Under the pieces are notes generated by a model, which made no database searches, was not told where the DNA came from, and worked only from the letters and a program-made list of their open reading frames with translations. From the NCBI GenBank assembly GCA_001643675.2, contig LSRY02000005.1, positions 1,488,001-1,552,000 on the forward strand: a DNA stretch of 64,000 bases, in the 5' to 3' direction. The translations under genes were made by a program, and so were the position numbers. Positions within the stretch are counted from its first letter, which is position 1; each line of letters begins with the position of its first letter. The DNA is from Monocercomonoides exilis PA203. Taxonomy: Eukaryota > Protista > Preaxostyla. Shown here piece by piece: positions 58,892 through 64,000 of this stretch.

Positions 58892-61800
58892 ATGGCGAGG
58901 TTCTCCACCAGTGCAAAAGTTGCATTCAATATTGTCGCTCTGATATTGGTTGTTGTCAATTGCTGCAATACCTCTGTTATTGCTGAAAAACAAAATCAAC
59001 AAGAAATGAATTGGGAGGTACCAGAAAGGACGATCAGCATTGAAAACAGCAGCAACAAATACTACAATAAAAAAGGCATAGGTGCAGCAAAAGTCATATT
59101 CTCACCAGGTGATCGTGTCAATTGTGCCCGAACAAATGTGAATATCATCAATGCCTCGTTGTGTGTGAGCGATCTCGTCATGGAACCTCTCAGTGGCTGC
59201 GCATTCCTCGCTGCACAAAATCACTCATCATGCACCATTTTCTCCTCTTTCTGTCGAATTCACGCAGATGCCAGCCACTCACTTTTCCTCACTTCTCACA
59301 GCTCCCTCTCTCTCACCAACTTCTCCTTCACCATCCCTCAACCAGCCATCCTCTCCTTCCCTCTCTTCTCACTTCCTCAAAATCTACTCCAAAATGCCAA
59401 CTTACCAATCCTCGCATCCTTCTCAATCTCTCATTCTTTTTTCTCCTCTTTCATCTCCCTCCACAATTCCTTCCTTTTTTCTCCTTCATCATCCTCTTCT
59501 TCTTCCCTTCTCTATCGTCATCTTCAAATCCACCTCGATCTCCATCTCTCGGACACACTCTTCACAAACATCACCACTGCGCCACAATCCACATACACCA
59601 TTCCTGCCAAACCCACACACACACACAACTCATTCACCACCACCACAAACACAAACACCACAAACACAAACACCACAAACACAAACACAAACACAATCCC
59701 CTTCTTCTCTCTTCGTTCCTCTCTCTTTATTCACTCGACCATCTTCCTCCACACCCACAACCCAATCGATGGTGCCATCCTCCCCGACCTCAACAGCCCA
59801 TCCACTTTTCTCTCTGCCTTTAATGCCTCTTTTCTTCGCCAAACACGTTCTTTATCAAATGATCCTGTTGTGCATGTTGGAACTGAAACTCAAAGAGCGA
59901 AACCTGGAAGATTGGACTCGTTCGATAAAAACAGCCATCGATTCGAGTGGTGCGAATGGAATGATTCAAAAAGTGAAACAAGTCGTGGAGGTGCACTTAA
60001 TGTTAACTGCACAAATGCAAATCTCGAAATCACTTCGTGCTCATTTCTCAGATGTTCATCTTGTTATAGTCAAGGTGGAGCATTGTATTGTGAAAGTTTG
60101 TTGAAAATAAACATCACAAAATCAAATTTCTCAAACTGCTCTGCAGTTCATGGAGGTGCAGTCAATACATGGTATCCTCGATCAAATTCTATTTTTCACA
60201 TTTCGGAAAATAGTGTGGAAAATTGTTCAATAACAGATTGGTGTGGAACTGGTTGGTATTTCTTGCTTAATGACTTGCCTGCATCTGGCCAATTTCTGTT
60301 TGCAAAATGCAAGTGCATTGCAAATTCTGGTGGTGATGCAGCTGGTTCATTAACATTTCATTACCCTCCAAGCAACAAACCGAGTCAGTTTTTGATTGAT
60401 GATTGCCAGTTCATAAATAACAAATTGACAAGTTCATCAACTTCCTATGGTGGTGCTGCGTTGTGTTGCACAAGAACATACGATTGGATGAATGGAGTAA
60501 AATTCATCATATTCTGCTTCTTCGATGGTAATTCCGCAACAAATGTCAGAGGAAATGATGTGTTCTTTTACGGAAGCATCATCACCAAATCTCCATTCCA
60601 GCAATGCGGTTCAACAACTCTAACACAAAGAGTATGGAACAGCAACACAGCTGATAACTCTGTGTACAACAGCTGGCTTCCAATCATCAACCAGAACAAA
60701 ATCGTTGCAAATGGTGGAAGTGATGTCGATGCCTGTGGCAAAACACAGCAAAGCCCATGTGCAACCGTGGAGTATGCTCTTGGATGCATTGCTCCCTTCA
60801 GCGATGCCTCCCTCTTTCTTCCCAGCTCCACTTTCACTCCCGCTCAAACACTAACCTTCCGTGCCCCAAATACAAAGATCACTGGAAATGGAATATCCAC
60901 AACAACCATCGCCTCCAGTGGTATTCCTCAACCATCTTCTTCTTCTGCTTCCACTTTATCATCATCACCTGAACCATCTGCCTCGTCTGCCCTCTTCCAA
61001 CAGACCGAGGGTTCCCTCACAGTCTCTGCCCTCGCCATCGCCCACAACTCCACAAACCTCGTCACTCCCATCCTCTTCCACCTCTCCGGTAACTCCCCTT
61101 CCCTCAACCTCAACACAACCACCATCATCGGAACAACCACATCTTCATCATCAATCACCACACCCCTCTTCTTCCTCACTGCTGGCTCCCTCGCCCTCAA
61201 CCACACAGCAATCACCAGTCTCACCCTCAACAGCCAGAGCATCTTCCACCTCACCTCCATCACAGCTCCCCTCACCCTCAACTCCTCCAACATCACCCAC
61301 ATCACCTCCACTGCCACCCCCGCCAGTTGTGTCCTCTCCTCTGCCACCTCCCCTGCCCTCTCCCTCTCCCTCACCAACTGCACCATCACCAACATAGATT
61401 CAGCTCCACAAAATCAACAGACTGCCACCAATGGCGGGTGCATCTCATTCGCTTCATCCGTCTCTGACAATACGTTTTCAGTGAGTGACACCACCTTCTC
61501 CACATGCTCTGTGAGCGAGGATACAAGTTCTGGAGGAAGAGGAGGTGCTCTCATGATCGAGTTCGCCCAAGGCTCACAAGTGTCATCCACCTCCTTTTCC
61601 ATGATGAATGTTGTGTTTTCAGAGAACAAGGCCAGTGTCGGAAGAGATATGTATTTTGTGTGTGAATCCCTTGTTGCTTCTGTGAAAGAGCCCTTGTTCG
61701 CCTTCATGACAAGCATCACTCAGAAAGACGACTCGGTTGTTGGACATGACAGAACAGAAGCATTCGGTGATTGGAATGTCGACTTGTTCATATTCTTCGA

Positions 61801-64000
61801 TGGATACTTTGCTGATAAGGTGTATGTTGATGGCACATCCGGAGTGGAAGAGGTGTATTGCGGTCTGGAAAAAGCACCTTGTAAGAATGTGAACTACGGA
61901 ATGGGGCATTTGAAGAAAACACTGAATGTTAAAGAGGAGATTGTTGTGTGTGAAAAATCGAATATTACTGGGTGTGCGGATGTGAGTGGAATGAATGTGA
62001 AAGCAAAATCCGAGACAATTGTGGGCGTTGAATGCAAAAGGGAAGTGAGTGGCTCTGAAGACTGTATTCTGAAATCAACATCAGTGACAGAAATTCAGTT
62101 CATCGGGATTATTGTTCCATCAAGATTTAATAGAGCAATCACATCGGTGATCGAATCAACCACTCAAAATGGAGAATTGCACATGAAAAATTGTGCGATC
62201 AGTGTGATTGGAGGAGACAAAAACACAATTGGATTTTCCTTGATCAAATCAACAGGAAAGATGGTTGAGCTGGACTCTGTCACGATTTCAGATGTGAAAT
62301 CATCAGTTGCGCTGTTTTCAATTTCTCCTTCATCTGCAACTGTGAATGAAGACGAATTCAGAGTGAAACTGTTGAATTACACAATGGAAGGATGCAGTTT
62401 GGATGACTCCTCACTTGGTGAATCTCCATTGATGATATCTTCTTCCGTTTTGTTTGAAAGCAGCAACTTTTCGAATATTGAAAATAAGGGCAGCGAAGAA
62501 GGAGGTGTCGCAAAAGTGACATTGCAAGGGAATGAAGAATTGGTGATCAAATCAACAAATGCATCATCTTGTTCGCTTTTAAAGAACAATGGAAAAGGAG
62601 GATTCTTGTATTTGGATTGTCAGAATTGTTTGAATGAGAAGCCATTTGTTTTTGATGCTGGAATTACTTTTGTGAACAATAAAGCAGATATTGGAAAGAA
62701 TGCGTTCATTTTCGGAAAGGATTTTAATACTTCTGTAACAAATGAGTCATTCAAGTTCGATTATTCCTCAATGATAAATGATAAAACTCTGTTTGTTGGA
62801 AGTGATAACAATTACCAAGAAAAAGATTTGTTCATGTTTCTGATTCAATACAGCTCGTTTGAAATATTTATCTCATCGAGTGGATTTGATGTTGCACGAT
62901 GTGGAAGTGAAGAAGAGCCATGCTTCACGATGTGGAAAGGGATGGAAAACATGGAAAAGGAGATTGGAAAGAAAACAATTCAGATTGAAGGATCGACTGT
63001 CATTCGAGATTCATTCAACATTTCCAATTATCAGATCAAAAAGGGTGTAAAGATGGGAGAAGAAGATGCAAAAGCGAAATTGAATTTTGAAAAAGCAATT
63101 GGAAGCCAACTGGAATATTTCATGGGAAATGATGTTCATCTTGAATTGACAAATATCCAACTGCAATTAACATCTGGATTTGACAACTCAGCCAAAACAA
63201 TAATTTCAAATACAAATGGAGATTTGGTGATAACTGGATGTTCATTCCATTCAGAAGCAAGAATGAACGATGAATTTGATTGTGTATTTGTGGATGCAAT
63301 TGGAGGAAGTGTGGAAGTGAATGATTTGTCGATGGAATCATGCAATGTTGGAAACAGTATTTTTGTTATTCATGATGCTGGAGTTTCTTGCCATTTGGAG
63401 AATGTTCATGTGAAATCGTTGAATGAAAGTGGAGGATGCATTTTATCAATCAAGAAATCTGAAGCAGGGTTGAAGATAAATGAAGAAAGTGAAGGAGGGA
63501 TAAACCTTCAAATTGACAAATCATCATTTTCTGGTGTGAAGAGAAGCGACAATGGAGCGAGCATTTTGGAATCAAAGAGTGAGAATAAGATTTGTTTGGC
63601 TGTGAATGAGAGCAACATCACAGAAGGCAAAGCGGAAGAAAGTGAAAAAGGAGGTGCAATATTCTTCACATTGAGTGTATCTGGATCAATGAACATGATA
63701 AAGTCCGAAGTCAGTCAATGCAGCTGCACCAATGGGAAAGGAGGAGGGGTGTATCTGGCAACAAAGGAAACAGGTGATTTGAATTTCACATTTGTGGGAA
63801 TGAAGTTCAGTGCGAACACAGCAAGTGTTGGAAATGATATTTTCATTGAATGTTTCAACATCACATCTCAGATCAATGAAAGGCAATTCCAGTTTGATCT
63901 TCGAGAGGGACATTATTCACGAATTAATGCGATATATGGAATTGATGGGTGTGAACACAAAGAAGAAACAGATCTGATTGATTTTGTGACGATCCATCAG
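58892..64000 (+). CDS. Giant beta-helix surface protein, copy 2 (3' partial), paralog of 18458-26518
   Basis: Same MARFSTSAKV start and colinear with copy 1 up to ~23605. It is absent from the ORF track, consistent with no stop before the window end. Confidence 0.9.
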   Translation, partial: MARFSTSAKVAFNIVALILVVVNCCNTSVIAEKQNQQEMNWEVPERTISIENSSNKYYNKKGIGAAKVIFSPGDRVNCARTNVNIINASLCVSDLVMEPLSGCAFLAAQNHSSCTIFSSFCRIHADASHSLFLTSHSSLSLTNFSFTIPQPAILSFPLFSLPQNLLQNANLPILASFSISHSFFSSFISLHNSFLFSPSSSSSSSLLYRHLQIHLDLHLSDTLFTNITTAPQSTYTIPAKPTHTHNSFTTTTNTNTTNTNTTNTNTNTIPFFSLRSSLFIHSTIFLHTHNPIDGAILPDLNSPSTFLSAFNASFLRQTRSLSNDPVVHVGTETQRAKPGRLDSFDKNSHRFEWCEWNDSKSETSRGGALNVNCTNANLEITSCSFLRCSSCYSQGGALYCESLLKINITKSNFSNCSAVHGGAVNTWYPRSNSIFHISENSVENCSITDWCGTGWYFLLNDLPASGQFLFAKCKCIANSGGDAAGSLTFHYPPSNKPSQFLIDDCQFINNKLTSSSTSYGGAALCCTRTYDWMNGVKFIIFCFFDGNSATNVRGNDVFFYGSIITKSPFQQCGSTTLTQRVWNSNTADNSVYNSWLPIINQNKIVANGGSDVDACGKTQQSPCATVEYALGCIAPFSDASLFLPSSTFTPAQTLTFRAPNTKITGNGISTTTIASSGIPQPSSSSASTLSSSPEPSASSALFQQTEGSLTVSALAIAHNSTNLVTPILFHLSGNSPSLNLNTTTIIGTTTSSSSITTPLFFLTAGSLALNHTAITSLTLNSQSIFHLTSITAPLTLNSSNITHITSTATPASCVLSSATSPALSLSLTNCTITNIDSAPQNQQTATNGGCISFASSVSDNTFSVSDTTFSTCSVSEDTSSGGRGGALMIEFAQGSQVSSTSFSMMNVVFSENKASVGRDMYFVCESLVASVKEPLFAFMTSITQKDDSVVGHDRTEAFGDWNVDLFIFFDGYFADKVYVDGTSGVEEVYCGLEKAPCKNVNYGMGHLKKTLNVKEEIVVCEKSNITGCADVSGMNVKAKSETIVGVECKREVSGSEDCILKSTSVTEIQFIGIIVPSRFNRAITSVIESTTQNGELHMKNCAISVIGGDKNTIGFSLIKSTGKMVELDSVTISDVKSSVALFSISPSSATVNEDEFRVKLLNYTMEGCSLDDSSLGESPLMISSSVLFESSNFSNIENKGSEEGGVAKVTLQGNEELVIKSTNASSCSLLKNNGKGGFLYLDCQNCLNEKPFVFDAGITFVNNKADIGKNAFIFGKDFNTSVTNESFKFDYSSMINDKTLFVGSDNNYQEKDLFMFLIQYSSFEIFISSSGFDVARCGSEEEPCFTMWKGMENMEKEIGKKTIQIEGSTVIRDSFNISNYQIKKGVKMGEEDAKAKLNFEKAIGSQLEYFMGNDVHLELTNIQLQLTSGFDNSAKTIISNTNGDLVITGCSFHSEARMNDEFDCVFVDAIGGSVEVNDLSMESCNVGNSIFVIHDAGVSCHLENVHVKSLNESGGCILSIKKSEAGLKINEESEGGINLQIDKSSFSGVKRSDNGASILESKSENKICLAVNESNITEGKAEESEKGGAIFFTLSVSGSMNMIKSEVSQCSCTNGKGGGVYLATKETGDLNFTFVGMKFSANTASVGNDIFIECFNITSQINERQFQFDLREGHYSRINAIYGIDGCEHKEETDLIDFVTIHQ

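Noticed and set aside
1-64000. tRNA, rRNA or CRISPR arrays
   Set aside because: None recognised; no repeat-spacer periodicity and the context is eukaryotic.

Overview
AT-rich eukaryotic genomic DNA with spliceosomal introns and the standard code (alpha-tubulin ends ...EY-TAG). Gene style suggests a metamonad protist, most likely an oxymonad of the Monocercomonoides type; this is inference. Intact host genes are a USP-family deubiquitinase (runs off the left edge), alpha-tubulin, a greatly expanded Nup133-like nucleoporin, and two intact members of a giant beta-helix/transmembrane/pseudokinase surface-receptor family (one runs off the right edge), plus one decayed member. Most of the rest is mobile DNA: (1) a full-length but decayed DIRS-type tyrosine-recombinase retrotransposon with both termini and a hairpin internal complementary region; (2) a 7.7-kb TIR/TA-flanked element holding two fused host-gene fragments, one TRAPPC11-like; (3) a 4.5-kb TIR/TA-flanked unit with two convergent transposase relics of different families; (4) another pogo-like relic and two MITEs; (5) a decayed virus/plasmid-type D5-like primase-helicase gene followed directly by an iteron/AT-rich array that looks like a replication origin. 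All alignments were done by eye and no searches were run.
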